From positions 70,868,062 through 70,932,061 of the forward strand of contig JAUZTB010000002.1 in the NCBI GenBank assembly GCA_034780895.1: a DNA stretch of 64,000 nucleotides. The letters are read 5' to 3'. Both the position numbers and the translations under genes were made by a program. The stretch comes from Rhynchobatus australiae (Eukaryota). Numbering within the stretch: the stretch's first letter is position 1; the number at the start of each line of letters is the position of its first letter. Under the pieces are notes generated by a model, which was not told the origin of the DNA, did no database searches, and saw only the letters and a list, made by a program, of their open reading frames with translations. Below, one piece after another: positions 13,771 through 27,561 of this stretch.

Positions 13771-14374
13771 AAATGCATAAAACATTTTCTGGACTTGAAG
13801 AGATCGGCAAGTGAATCTGAATAACGGATGTTGAACGAAAGGTAAAGAATGCACGGGCTATGCAGGCAGTACACACTCATACCACTGCCAAAATGGAAAT
13901 GCAGCCCAGATGAAAACCTCACACATTACACGCACCCCGGCCACTCCTCTGCTGCTCCAGCTCCATTTTGATGAGAGATGTTTCCTTCGTCTCTTGTGGC
14001 TTTAAATCCTGCTCCCTTCAAACTATTTTATGCATCCTGCTCACCTTTTCACACCACATGGAGTATTTTTCTCAGAGAGAGAGTGAGGGTGAATGTGTTT
14101 GTGTAAATTGCCCCCACTCACTTTAATTTTTTGAGAGAAATCTCAAATGTTTTGAAAAGATTTGCTGCAGTTTCTGTCATAATTACTGTTTCCTCTGTTT
14201 TCACAGTAAATTGGCTTTTTTTGGCTNNNNNNNNCATATACCCCACTGGCTGACATACTGAAGTCAACAGACACACGGTTAATAAAAAAGGATATTGAAG
14301 TACTGGTGCTGGTACAGAGATTTTTTTCACAAGTATAGTGTCAGAAATGTGAAAGTATACTCATAAGGAAAGGA

Positions 14375-14760
14375 TGAATAGTTTGGATTTCTTTTCTTTT
14401 GAAAAAAGGAGTGGGAGCCTAAAGGTGTTTGAGATTATGATTTTTTTTTGATAGAATAGGAACAGAGTGACTGGTAGATCAAAACCAGAGAGCACCGATA
14501 TGAGAAAGTGTCCGAGAGATCAAACGGGAATTCAGAAGAAACATCTTTATTCAAGAGAGTGGTGAGAATGTGGGACTGAATCCTACATGGAGTTCCGTGT
14601 GAATGCCGTCAGGGAAGCCTGGATAAGTTCAGTAGATGAAGGGAATAAAGGTTGAAGCTGACAGATGAGAAAGGCTGAGAAGGCGCTCAAGTGGAACATA
14701 AGTGTCAGTAATGAATGATAGGGCCAAATGGCCTGTTTTGGTTCTATATCTCTACCTAAA
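14375..14760 (+). mobile_element. Old CR1 3' fragment
   Basis: Decayed CR1 C-terminus (agagagtggtgagaatgtgg) and tail gggccaaatggcctgttt. Confidence 0.65.
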
Positions 14761-15074
14761 TCAATGTAAATCCTGTGTATTAAAGATAATACAAAGACGT
14801 TCAAAGAAAACACTTCTGAAATGCTAAAAAGAAATGATCGATAGCCTGACTGTGCTAGGTTTTATAATTGCTGAAAAAATTTTCTCTTCCATCTCTTTGT
14901 TCTCTGGGGTGACAACGTTTGCATTTGCTCTGACCACAGCCTCCTGCAGGTACAATTCACACTCCTCTCCCGCAATGGTGGTACCCAAGAATATCAAACA
15001 GAGCAGTCTTCTCTTTACTAAACTCACATAGGGTAGGCCATGTCATCTTCCAACACAGCCATTCAATTCTTGAG

Positions 15075-15424
15075 GGGGTGATCAGTCGGTCAGAGTGAAA
15101 GATTTAGGGATGTGCTCAAAATCTCCTTGAAGATGTGAAGCATGCCCACTGAATCTGTCCCATAACTACTCAGAGTTGAGAAGGAGCACCCGAGATGACG
15201 CTGAAAGCCTCAGACCCGTGAATCAGGAGCACATAGAAGCCCTGCAGAAGCAGTGGAAGGAGCAGACCACCACACAACCCACCCAGCTGCCCAGTGCACC
15301 AGCCAGCCCCTGCCCCATTGGCGGAAGTCTGTGGTTCCCACATTGATCTCATCAGTCACTTCAGAACCCACAAATCAAGTTATCTTCAGTCCAAGGGACT
15401 GCCTAAGAAGAAGAAAGAGAAGAA
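15075..15424 (+). mobile_element. RTE-clade LINE 3' fragment
   Basis: Decayed RFRDVLKISLK...CGSHIDLISHFRTH (C-terminal zinc-finger-like end) and AAG-rich tail; homologous to copies at 40755 and 53235. Confidence 0.7.
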
Positions 15425-15486
15425 ACTCTCAGCGCTTGTAGCTCTAAAACGTTTCTAAGCTATGCAAACTTTGGTTTAAGCGCACT

Positions 15487-16185
15487 CATAGAACCGAGAA
15501 CAGTACAGCACAGAACAGGCCCTTTGCCCCACAATGTTGTGCTGACATAGCTAATCCCTCCTACCTACAGAATGATTCATGTGCCCATCCAAGTCCCACT
15601 TAAAAGCCCCCAGTGAATTTGGCTCCACCACCCTATCAGGCAAGGCATTCCAGGCATNNNNNNNNNNNNNNNNNNNNNNNNNNNNNNNNNNNNNNNNNNN
15701 NNNNNNNNNNNNNNNNNNNNNNNNNNNNNNNNNNNNNNNNNNNNNNNNNNNNNNNNNNNNNNNNNNNNNNNNNNNNNNNNNNNNNNNNNNNNNNNNNNNN
15801 NNNNNNNNNNNNNNNNNNNNNNNNNNNNNNNNNNNNNNNNNNNNNNNNNNNNNNNNNNNNNNNNNNNNNNNNNNNCCAGAGAAAAGAGCCCAAGTTTGTC
15901 CAGCCTCACCTGATAGCACATGCCCTCTAATCCAGGCAGCATCCTAGTAAACTTCCTCTGCACCCCCTCTGAAGCCTCAACATCTTTCCTATCGTGAGTT
16001 GACCAGAACAGCATGCAATACCCTAAATGCGGCCGAACTAGAGTTCTACAGTGATGCATCATAACTTCTTGACTTTTATACTCATTACCTTGATTAATAA
16101 AAGCAAGCATTCCATAAGCCTTCTTAACCACCCTATCTTCCTGTGTAGTCACTTTCAATGAGCCATGGACTTGTCCCCAAGATCT
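15487..16185 (-). mobile_element. CR1/HER1 LINE 3' fragment (gapped)
   Basis: ORF 15577-16158 KKAYGMLAFINQGNEYKSQEVM...LVRPHLGYCMLFWS...VQRKFTRMLPGLEGMCYQVRLDKLGLFSL; CR1 tail. Confidence 0.93.
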
Positions 16186-17724
16186 AAAATTGTCTATATA
16201 AATATATTGTCTATTTTAAAATAGCTGTTCCAATCTTTTAAATAGTCTTTGAAACTCTCTTCCCTTTACCCCCTTCACACTGGATGGTATGAAGTCACCA
16301 CAAAGACTGATTTCATGCTGTGCATAGAAATTACGTCCAATTCACACCTTGCTACTAATACAGCCATGCACAACTTCAGCAGGCACCATCCCGAACTCTA
16401 CAACCATTCCTGACCTTGCCGAGTCAAGGAAGAAAATTTGCTTCTCATATTTAGTGTACATAACAGGATTGCTCTTCAATGTTTTTGCTGGACACCTGAA
16501 ATTCCAGAGCCATTCTACCATTGTAACTTTGGCAGGAAACATCTGATACCAAGGCAGCAGCCAGATAAGCCATGCCCAGGACAAGCAATGGAGTTTCCCC
16601 AATCTAACTAAGTCTGCTGCGGGCATGTGGAGCTGGTGGCAAGGTCCCTCGATGTCAGGAGTTTCTACAAGTCTGCTCTGTTTTCCAACTGGGCTTGGAG
16701 CAGATAAATATCAATTCTGATGTGAACACAGAGTTGAAGGATACAGGGAGGAAAAAGGGGTAAGGCAAGAGCTACATTAGGTATCCAATTCTTCTAAGTT
16801 TGGTTTGTGCCATGACTCACAGGAGTAGAGCACAAAATATCAGTAATTGAAGAAGAACAAAGAGCAAAGACTTCAAAGAGGCATAGTCCTAGTCAGAGCA
16901 GCTGCCTTGATAAAACAAAACTTGTTTTACAAATACAAAAATGAAGGTGTAATTCATATCCCAAGCCACCAGCTGCAGAAAACCAGTGCAAGCCCTGAGA
17001 CAGAATGGTCTAACCTCAGTAATTTTAACTGGAGTCTAGAGTCAAGCATGGTTTAGCAATTCTATTTGACAGTTGCATGGAGTTGCTTCAAATAATTATT
17101 GACACTGGGGCGCTTTCTTCCAGCCATTTACATTCTCGCAACATTTACCAGCAAGGAATGGGGCTATTTGTGTGTTCGTATATTAACGTTTAAGAGCTGT
17201 CCCCTAAAATGACTGGAAAGTCAAATTCACAAGCAAGCAGTTGAACAAAGCCACATCTCCTGCACACTACTACTGTGAACTGAGAATGTTAGCTACCGTA
17301 GAATTGTAGCCATAATAATTCAATCTGTCTATCAAGTCTCCACAAGCTTTAAATATAAAGCTTAAATATTTGCATTGTCAGTAGCCTTCTGCAAGGGTAC
17401 AAGAAATATTCTTTCTTTTAAAGGATAATGTTATAGGAAAGTTTCATCATTTTAACAGCCAGTCATTTTCCAGCAAATGGCAGCCCAAACTATTGCATCT
17501 ACTGAATTCAGTACTTCTATTTATTTCATTTGGTTTACACATTGCAGTTAACAGCACATGTTAATTGTATTAAGATTCATTAATACAGGATTTTGATATT
17601 CAAACAACGTTAGTGGTTCATAAGGTCATTTAGTATAAGGAATCTATCCTGAAGGAAGGCCTGTAACTTCTTCAATTGGTTCACCTTTTAGTGGTTTAGA
17701 ATGTTGTACAACATGCTCACTAAA

Positions 17725-18085
17725 CTCTTCAGTTTAAAGGAATGAGGGGTGATATTGATGAAACATAAGAGGGCTTAACATGATGCTTGTTGAGAAGCTG
17801 CCTCCTCTGTCTGGAGAATCTAGAACTAGGAGAAATGATTTGAGGTAAAAGGTTGTCCATTAATGACTAGGATGAGAAGGAATGCCTTTAATTTAGAGGT
17901 TGTAAATCTTTGGAAATTTCAAACCAAAAGGGTGGAGGATTCTATGTCTATTGAAGTCTGAGAACAGTTTATTTTGGACTTCATGGGTACTGAGAACTAT
18001 GGGGACTGGATGAGAAAGTGAACTCACAAATGAAGATGGAGCAGGTACAAGTGACCAAATAACTTTTCCAACTCCTTTAACGTAT
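17725..18085 (+). mobile_element. Old CR1 3' fragment
   Basis: ggaatgaggggtgatattgatgaaacat (MRGDxIET-like) ... agaggttgtaaatctttggaa; CR1 tail. Confidence 0.65.
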
Positions 18086-19879
18086 CTCATGTTAGTAATG
18101 AGTGCATTGGATTGCTGGTTGCCAGTTATCACCTTTTCTGATTGATTAAATAATATATTACTGTGCAATAAGATCTTCTTGAAATTAAATTCCACAGGGC
18201 TGAGGTTCATTGTTGTTTGCCAGTGCAAAATGTGTGAGAGAATACCCTATTTCAGTTGTACTCACCTTCTGCACCTTTGGTCCCATGGAAGTGAATGGAT
18301 GCAAATGTTCAGAAGTTAGTACAACCAACATTTGGAAATGAATTTTTTGTACATCTCACAATAAGACAGACCCATTTTATCCAGACTTATATGTGAGCAA
18401 GCTTCCATAAAAAGCATGGTGAATATATAAAATCAAAATATACATAAAGCATATCAGATTGCAAATTATATTGGTCAATAAAATCCATTACAATTGAATG
18501 AGGAATTTATGGTTCTAAACACTCAGTCTGTGATATGGTAAATTATAATGCTCAAAAACAAGGTTTTTATACAAAAGGCATCTTGGTAACAGAGCACAAA
18601 GATGTATCCAACACTGGGTCAAAAGCCTTGCTCAAATCCAAAATGTGTAGTTGAGGTAGATTGTGGAATTTACCATTCTTCATGTTGCTTTACTCACGTA
18701 AGCTGATATATCATGTTTAAACAACACTGTTTTTGGAACACACGGCTTGATTTATGACCAGTTTAGTGTCTCATAAATCACACTTGCAACCTTGTGCACT
18801 GAACCCCATTTTATGACAGGATTTACCATTTATAAATGATTTTGCTTTACCTCCCATTGTGATTCTGTTCCTTGCAATCATTTTTTCTCCCCCAGTGTTC
18901 GTAAGGGAGGCTTAGCAACTCCACATGGAATTTCAATTCCAGTTTTTTTCTAGCTTTTACAAGAATGATGTATTTAGATGCTTGCAATTTCTGGTTTTAT
19001 TTTAGGGTAGAATTTTCAGGATTTATGTTTTAGTTTATATTTTCCTTTTGTTTACTCTAAATGCAGTTAAGGATTAGATTTTTCCACAGTTAACATCTAA
19101 AGTTTCATTGGCAGGAGGCAGTTGTTTTCACAAAACAACTCTTGACAAGGCACTATTAAAAAATTTGCTTTCAAACAAATGTAAGAATGAGGCAAACAAT
19201 ACTCAAATTCATAATGCAGTATATCATCATGGTAAAAACAACGGAGGAATTTCCATGACTATCTAAACCCTTTATAAAACAAAACACTGAAGCAGGAACA
19301 GGCCATTTGAGCCTCTTCTCCTATACATTTACAATATGTTTTCAGCCATCCGGTCGGTATGCATGGGGAATGGGGTTGCCAGTTGCATGAATAAGCTGCC
19401 TGCATGAGAATTGTTCAATAAAAATACTGTACATCATACACTTGCATTCTATGCATAAACCTGTACATAAATTGCAGAACCATATGTCATCTTATACTTT
19501 TAAATAACAATGTTTTACTCTCCTTTTATATTTTACACTTAAAGTATTAATGTAAAATACAGCAAAACTAAATCAAATGAATGACTGATCACTATCTTGT
19601 GAAGTGCCAAACCTTCAAAGAGGATGTTGCTGCTAATCAGACTACAACTGCACTGCCCTTGTGCATAAACGTAAGCTAAAAATGTCTTTTCACACATATT
19701 TTGATAAAACCTGAAATAAAATTTACTGTTTGAGCATTTTATGAAATTGCTTAGTATTCTTAGAAATTTTTGATAGTTGTTTTAGAATTCCAGCTATTTA
19801 ATAAACAGGAGATCAACATTGATCAAAGGTCAGCTCACTCAAACCTATATACTGCCTTTGGTCCATATCACAAAATACC

Positions 19880-20905
19880 AAGTGCTAATAAAACTCTGAC
19901 AGTCTCAGGTGTGGAATTATCATTTGGCCCAGCATCCTAAACATTTTAGAGTCGAGTTTTCCAGATCTCTCCTATCCTTGTTGGATAAAAGAGTTTCCTG
20001 ATTGCAATCCTAAACAGCCTGGTTACAATTTTAAAACCATTCCACTTTTTTCTGGATTTCCCATCTGAGCCAATAGTTTCTCTGAATTAATTCAACTGGA
20101 CCATCCTCAACCTTGTCAGTTTAGGGGAATGGAAAACAAATTTTGCAACCTTTGTAATAAAAAAAACAATTTTACTTAATTTGCAAATTGCTAATTTAAC
20201 TTTTTAAGTCTCTGTATTATATTCTGAATGTCTNNNNNNNNNNNNNNNNNNNNNNNNNNNNNNNNNNNNNNNNNNNNNNNNNNNNNNNNNNNNNNNNNNN
20301 NNNNNNNNNNNNNNNNNNNNNNNNNNNNNNNNNTCTGTTTCTCGGGCTAGTATGCTCTACTAGCCTGAGAAACAGATCCTGAGGTTTCATGATATTCTAT
20401 TTTAAATTCAACACAATACTTGAGATGTTTTCAACTAAGGACCTGTAGGTACAAAGGATTTATTCTGCAAATTTTGAGATAGCCCAACTGTGCATCAGCC
20501 CTTTTGACTTTTTTCGCATCTGTTCACCACCACCTAGTGATTTCTGTGCATGGACACACAAATTTCTTTGTTTCTATTTTTTGTCATTAAGAAAATAATT
20601 GTTCTTTCTTGGAACTAAAATAGATGACTATATATTTCCTGATTTTGAGTAATGCCTGCCATGGTCTTCCCCATTCTTTTAATTTCTCCATGACCCTTTG
20701 TAAATCCCACCTCTGTACTTGCACATTTTTCTCTGTCTTCTAACCAATCTGCAAACTCAGATAGACAACTTACTATTCCTTATCCTATACATTAATAATA
20801 TGTATAGTGAAATGCTAAAACACTGTACAGACCCCTGAGGAACACTGCTTGTCACATTCTGCCAATCAGAGAGCATTTCCATTACCCTTTCGTTCTGTCT
20901 CCAAC
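19880..20905 (-). mobile_element. Old CR1 reverse-transcriptase fragment
   Basis: Minus strand near 20750-20900 reads SDWQNVTSSVPQGSV...SEFAD (RT PQG and FADD regions, decayed). Confidence 0.65.
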
Positions 20906-23820
20906 CTTCGATTTATTACCATTTTCAGTTAAATGCCATGCTTTCCTCTGGAAGTTTATATGAAGTTAGATTATGAAATAAATATTTTCATAAATTTTAT
21001 TAAAATGATCTTGTTGGATGAAAGAGTTACATAATGGCTGCTTAAGTGCATTGGTACTTGATAATGGTAATTGGTAATGGATGCATAAGTCATTACCATT
21101 ACCGTAACCATTACGAATACCACTGGGAGAGTTTAGGTGGTTTGGTGCACAAAGATAGCCCCAGAAAGAAAGAATCATGGTGCTTCTAATCACTTCATCT
21201 AGCTGGGCACAAAATGGAGAAATGGAAAATTATCAGTACCATGCTTGTAACGTATTAGGCAGGACAGAGCTATTCCAACCAATTCCCAATGGTTAACTTA
21301 TTTATCTCTCAGCAGGGACTCTGGAATGTAAATACATAACAATAAATGTTACACAAGCAGTACTCCAATGAGTAGAATTTAATTTTATAAGTGTCCAGGC
21401 CAACTGAATGAATTACATTCAGGAATACTATCCAATTATTATAAAACTTGTATATCAAGGGACAGTTAATTATTTAAGTCATAACTTGATTTAAAAGAGA
21501 ATATTCACTTTTAGGTACTTGAGCAAAGTTTAGTCCAAAACTCTCTGGGTTTGAAGAAGAAATCTGAGTTTTAAGTGCCGTGTCACAAGTTGAAGAAGTC
21601 CAGGCTTACCAAGAAAGAGCCATCTAACCGTGTGTCTCTATATTTAGTAGATAATAAGGTCAAGTGGGAAAGGTCGGGTACCTTTGGGACTGCATTCTTG
21701 GATATGCTTTACGATTATCCATTTAGTGTCCAGCTGAAAGTCCCAGTAGTTGGTGGTAAAATATTTCCAAGACAAAACCTGTTCTTACAAACAAAGTTGG
21801 TCTGAGTTTGATCAAAAAAAATTAATCTATCCAACAAACATAATATTATGTAAGATCCTTATTTAGAGCAATGTGATGTCCTTAACATACTTTCAATAAT
21901 GATGTATGATTGACCACCTACCTAATTAATGTACCTGGTAATTTAAATATGTTCCTACAATTTAAGGTATTCTGTTCCCTCATTTTTAATTGTGTTGATA
22001 AAGTGATGAAAAATGTCCAGTACTTTGTTTTGCTTTCTCAAACATCAGCAAAGTACATCTTGGTAACACCAGTGATTGCTACACCTTTATTTATTTTTAG
22101 TTGGTGCTTCCCATAACTTTCCTAAAGAAGTTGCAACTGGGTTTTGAGAGTTTGTTCTGATGTTCCAAAAAAACCTTGGTTTACTAAAACTGCATTGATT
22201 GGATTGAGGAATGTCACAGAATTTATAATCATGACTACAAAATGGTTGCTCACCTGGACTTATCTACCAATGGGGCTTCAGTCCAGCTAATATACATTGA
22301 ACAGGAGATGATCTGACTTTTAGTGTTAATCTCTCAATCACATGCAATCATTTAAGGAAATCAGAAAACATTTGATTTGCTGTTATTGAAAAAGTAAAAG
22401 AAAATATTCAGTATTGTTGCCTCAATTTTGTCTCTATGACTCTGGCTGAATCATAGTACTGCACTTTGTGGGCATTTTTCAAACAATTTTAAAGCTTGAT
22501 TGATATTGAGGTCCCAGAAATGGAAAGATAATCTTCTAATTTATGGAAACATCCATAAATATAGTTCTACTGTCATGCTATTACCTTTATTATAAGGTTT
22601 TAGAATGGTCAATAATCTACTTTCATACCTTTTGTCAATGCACTGAACACCAGGTAAATTAGCTTTTTTCAGCAAAGACAATTCTTAATAACCCTAATCC
22701 TTAATCGATCTACATCCAAAGCATATTAATATAGATATGCCCTGGGTTATTTAGGATTGCATGTGTGTCAGAATTCTTGAATTCAAATAGTTCTCAATAT
22801 TGGCTGCTTGAGGTTAAACTTTATAATTTTGGTTTACATAACCCAAATCCTGTTCTAGGGAATGAGCAGTAATTCTGATTATTTTATTTGCGTTATGTAA
22901 TGTGAAAATAAAAGAAACATGCCTTTATATCTGAAGTGGAATGACCCCTTCGCAAGCTTGATATATTTTAATTTATGTTATATCTTGCAATATGCATAGA
23001 TAATGTGTTTTCCACTCTCTTTTACTGGTAGCAGAAACCTTTCTTTATTGATGGTTTGCAACTGCGTCTCTGTCTGATTCCCTGTCAGACTGGGTTGGTC
23101 TGTGTACCATCTCTGGTTTAGTGATGAGCTTTATAGCCCTCCTGGTGGTCTGAGCTTGAATCCTCAGAAACTATTGATGGGTCTGGGGCCTCATTACCTA
23201 ACTATGTTGCATTATCCCAAATGATACTAAAGGGGCCTCACCTCTCGAAGGAGCTTGCAAACGCAATAACATAAATCACCTTGACAGCTTTCACTGTCTC
23301 GTTTGTACATAACATTATGATGAAACACCTCTTTTTTAAGATACTGCTGCTTTGACAACTGTAATTTGTTTTTTTTAATCCTCTGTTGTTCTTTCTTAAT
23401 TTGACTTTATTTTACCTGTATACCTTCTTGATATTTATATTTTTTCCATATATAAAAAGATGAGATGCCATTTTTTAACTTCTAATTTATCTAAATAAAT
23501 TTTGAACATTTGTTTAACCTCAAAACTACAGTTTCTAAATTAAATGTTGCTAAAACAGTGGATCTGCACTCAACAATGCAGCCTAGGTGGAGTAGTCGAA
23601 CACAGATCCACTGAACACAGAATCCTCAGAAGACAAGTTGATAAAATAAATGTTAAAAATCTGTATTGATCCATACATAGTGTGTATTAAACAGTTTGAT
23701 ACAGGTACATGTACTGTTGCNNNNNNNNNNNNNNNNNNNNNNNNNNNNNNNNNNNNNNNNNNNNNNNNNNNNNNNNNNNNNNNNNNNNNNNNNNNNNNNN
23801 NNNNNNNNNNNNNNNNNNNN

Positions 23821-24940
23821 TACCATTAATACTATATTCTGCCATCATATTTGACCTACCAAAATGAACCACTTCACACTTATCTGGGTTGAACTGTGTC
23901 TGCCACTTCTCAGCCCAACTTTGCATCCTATCTCTGTCCCACTGTAACCTCTGACAGCCCTCTATACTATCCACAACACAGCCAACCTTTGTGTCATCCG
24001 CAAACTTACTGACCCATCCTTCCACTTTCTCATCCAGGTCGTATATAAAAATCACAAAGAGTAAGGATCCCAGTACAGGTCCCTGAGGTACACCACTGGT
24101 CACCAACCTCCATGCAGAATACGACCCTTCAACAACCACTCTTTGCCTTCTGTGGGCAACCCAGTTCTGGATCCACAAAACAATGTCCCCTTGGATCCCA
24201 TGCCTCTTTACTTTCTCAATAAGCCTGGCATGGGGTACCTTATCAAATGCCTTCGTGAAATCCATATGCACTACATCTACTGCTCTCCCTCCCTTTGCCC
24301 TTGACAAAGCCATGCTGACTATTCCTAATCATATTGTACCTCTCCAAATGTTCATAAATCCTGCTCTCAGGATCTTCTCTATCAGCTTACCAACCACTGA
24401 GGTAAGACTCACTGGTCTGTGATTTCCTGGGCTATCTCTACTCCCTTTCTTGAATAAGGGAACAACATTCGCAACCCTCCAATCCTCCAGAACCTCTTCC
24501 ATCTCCATTGATGATGCAAACATCATCGCTAGAGGCTCAACAATCTCCTCCCTCGCCTCCCACAGTAGCCTGGGGTACATCTCATCTGGTCCCAGTGACT
24601 TATTCAACTCGGTGCTTTCCAAAAGCTGCAGCACATCCTTTTTCCTAATATCTACATGCTCAAGCTTTTCAGTCTGCTGCAAATCATCACTACAGTCACA
24701 AAGATTCTGTTCCATAGTGAATACTGAAGTAAAGTATTCCTTAAGTACCTCTGCCATTTCCTCCGGATCCACACACACTTTCCCACTGTTACACTTGATG
24801 GGTCCTATTCTTTCTCGTCTCATCCTCTTGCTCTTCACATACCTGTAGAATTCCTTGGGGTTTTCCTTAATCCTGCCTGCCGAGGCCTTCTCATGGCTTT
24901 ATCTGGCTCTCCCAATTTCTTTCTTAAACTCCTTCCTGTT
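23821..24940 (-). mobile_element. CR1/HER1 LINE ORF2 fragment (linker plus RT), frameshifted and internally deleted
   Basis: ORFs 24329-24838 (KSLGPDEMYPRLL...DWRVANVVPLFKKGSRDSPGNHRPVSLTSVVGK) and 23687-24313 (VDVVHMDFTKAFDKVPH...GVPQGPVLG...SKFADDTK). Confidence 0.95.
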
Positions 24941-24942
24941 AC

Positions 24943-25636
24943 CATAGAACAGTACAGTACAGTACTCCTTATAATGCATACTCTCCAAACCAGGCAGCAT
25001 CCTGGTAAATCTCCTCTGCACCCTTTCCTACGCTTCCACATCCTTCCTATAATGAGGTGACCAGAACTGGACACAGTACTCTAAGTGTGGCCTAACCAGA
25101 GTTTTGTAAAGCTGCATCATTACTTCGCGGCTCTTAAACTTGATCCCACGATTTATGAAAGCTAACATCCCATAAGCTTTCTTAACTACCTTATCTACCT
25201 GGGAGGTGACATTCAGTGATCTGTGGATATGAACCCCCAGATCCCTCTGATCCTCTACACTGCCCAGAATCCTGCAATGTGCCTTATACTCCACCCTGGA
25301 GTTTGTCCTTCCAAAGTGTACCACCTCACACTTCTCTGGGTTGAAATTCATCTGCCACTTGTCTGCCCAGCTCTGCATCCTATCAATATCCCTCTGTCAG
25401 CTTCCACAGTCCTCCATACTATCCACAACACCACCCATCTTCATGTCGTCTGCAAACTTGCTAACCCATCCTTCCACCCCCTCATCCAAATCATTAATAA
25501 ATATCACAAAAAGTAGAGGTCCCAGAACCGATCCCTGTGGGACACCACTAGTCACAGCCCTCCACTCTGAATGCACTCCCTCCACTGCAACCCTCTGCTT
25601 TCTACGGGCAAGCCAATTCTGAATCCCCACGGCCAA
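24943..25636 (-). mobile_element. Second CR1/HER1 copy (RT C-terminal half, internal deletion before tail)
   Basis: ORFs 25397-25636 ([22 protein letters not shown]...SKFADD) and 25028-25378 (LVRPHLEYCVQFWSPHY); tail catagaacagtacagtacag at 24943. Confidence 0.95.
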
Positions 25637-26084
25637 GAGTTGTCAACAAATGAGGAAACACAGAAATCTATGTTAATTAAAAGATAATAGCCACAAGGTT
25701 GGGCTACGAAATGCTGCTTATCCATCACCACCAGTGTCCTCAATTTAGATCATGAATTGTCAGTGTGCATGTTTAAAGTAGTCCACAGTGTTCACAATAT
25801 TGGTTACCAAGGTAGTGCCTGCATCCCCTGTGGACCCTAGAAGTATTGACAGTAAGCAGCCTATGACACCAGCCATGGGGCAACATCGATTTGGTGCCAT
25901 CCTTGCCACTTGGGCTGAGTGTGTTGGAATGTGAGAGGATGATGTGCCTGCCATGGTTGCTTGAGTAGTATGGTGTGGAAGCTGTAAGCTTTGGAGTGTG
26001 AGAGGAGAAATAGATCATCAAAATGTTAGTTAAGTGTCCTGATTGACAGGGATTGTCTGCTGGTGAGTGATGGAGACTCCTTTA

Positions 26085-26295
26085 CTGACTTTGACCACGT
26101 GTGCACGCCCATTTTTGAAGAAGCACTGCTTTGGTGAACCTGTGGCTTCACTCCTGGCATTGACCCTGCTCCTGACCTTCTCCAATTGTGCCTCGACTGA
26201 CTGTCTGGTAGACTCCCAGAGTCATTGTGATAGAGAACCTCTCTCTTTCTTGCCATCTAATTAAAGCCTTTTGAGCCATGACTGAGGGTGCTCAC
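26085..26295 (-). pseudogene. Decayed Myb/SANT-like (trihelix) DNA-binding ORF of a PIF/Harbinger transposon
   Basis: With one frameshift: RKREVLYHNDSGSLPDSQSRHNW / EKVRSRVNARSEATGSPKQCFFKNGRAHVVK, then a GTCAGT donor-like site; resembles W..VA..VNARS...R...QC.KK. Confidence 0.55.
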
Positions 26296-26614
26296 ATTTT
26301 TCAAAGACTTCCTTCGAGGATCCAAACCTATGATGTGATTCTACTGTGGGCACAGGCAGCGAGCACTTGCCTTTAGGAGATGCAGACAGGGGTTCAATTG
26401 GCACCCTGTATATTTGAGCTTCCAGTCAACATGGCAATTAGAGCTGCCTGAATGCTGAACCCATGATATTCAGGTGTCGGTATGCACTTTTTGTGAGTTC
26501 TGCATTTGACAATGTTTTTTTCTGATATCCAATCTCTCCCCAAATGTCATTTTAGCAACTTGACTTGAAGGATTAGTATGGCTCAGGAGAGTTGGGCCAG
26601 CTCTTCCTGCTCTA

Positions 26615-26814
26615 ATTTTGATAATGCCAGGGAATCTTTTACAACCACTGAGAGGGCAGATAGAGTTTGGTCTGATACTCCAATCAAAAGGAAGCAGCCC
26701 TCAGAACAGCATTTGTGCATCGGGCTAAATGTTATGGTCCAGTCTCCAGAGTGGGATCTAAACTCACAAAACTCTGAAAGAGCAAGAACATTACCATCGA
26801 AGCCAGGACTGACA
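26615..26814 (-). mobile_element. Deu-domain SINE (SacSINE1-like)
   Basis: atgccagggaatcttttacaaccactgagagggcaga core and tRNA-like head agtgggatctaaactcacaa. Confidence 0.6.
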
Positions 26815-27184
26815 TACTGATGCAAGTGTCTGCAACACCTTTCGAATGCACCATCTAGGACAAAGTTATAAAGCTGCTGAACATGAGAATTGGCCACACA
26901 CATAGAAAAACAAATCCAGTATCACTTACTCCATTCTGAACCTCACTTCAAAGTCTTCAAGGACCATAAAGAAATCACGGACTCTGACATTAAAAGGTTG
27001 GCAGTGAAATCACCACACTGACAAAGTTAAGGTTAACTAATTATTATAAAGGGTTTAACGAGTAATTGGCACTGTAGACTCAAACAGCACAGATCTTTTG
27101 GCTTACCATATCTGTGCCAGCTCTCTGAAAGTTTAATTCCACTCCCCTGCTCTTTTTTCATAGCTTTGCACANNNNNNNNNNTG

Positions 27185-27555
27185 CTGCACTTACTTTGAA
27201 CAAAAGAGGTTGAGGGGAGATTTGGTAGAGTTTATACGATTATGGCAGGTTCAAATAAAATACATAAAGTAAAATTGCTCTCATTTACTGTTGGTACATT
27301 CCAGAGTCATAGATTTAAGGCTCTCAGGCAAGAACTACTGAGGGGACATAAGGAAGAACCTTCCTAATGCAGTGAGCAGTAATGAGGGTGGCGGAAGCTG
27401 AGATGATCAATGATTTCGATAGACAAGTAGATGAGGCACTTGAGGGAAATAAACAAGCAGGGAAAGAAAGATAGATCAGGCAACTGGGACTGGCCGGAGA
27501 GTGGGTGTAAATTCAATTGCCTCCTTCCATGCTGTAATAACTCTGTGACCCTATG
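27185..27555 (+). mobile_element. Old CR1 3' fragment
   Basis: gaacaaaagaggttgaggggagatttggtagag (EQKRLRGDLVE) and CR1 tail. Confidence 0.75.
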
Positions 27556-27561
27556 TCAACA

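Noticed and set aside
14824-15027. ORF with a signal-peptide-like N-terminus (SLVKRRLLCLIFLGTTIAG)
   Set aside because: Starts at GTG, is short and has no recognisable homology.
23136-23152. CTCF-like word (minus strand CCACCAGGAGGGC)
   Set aside because: Spacing of the 3' half deviates from the consensus; a single weak match.
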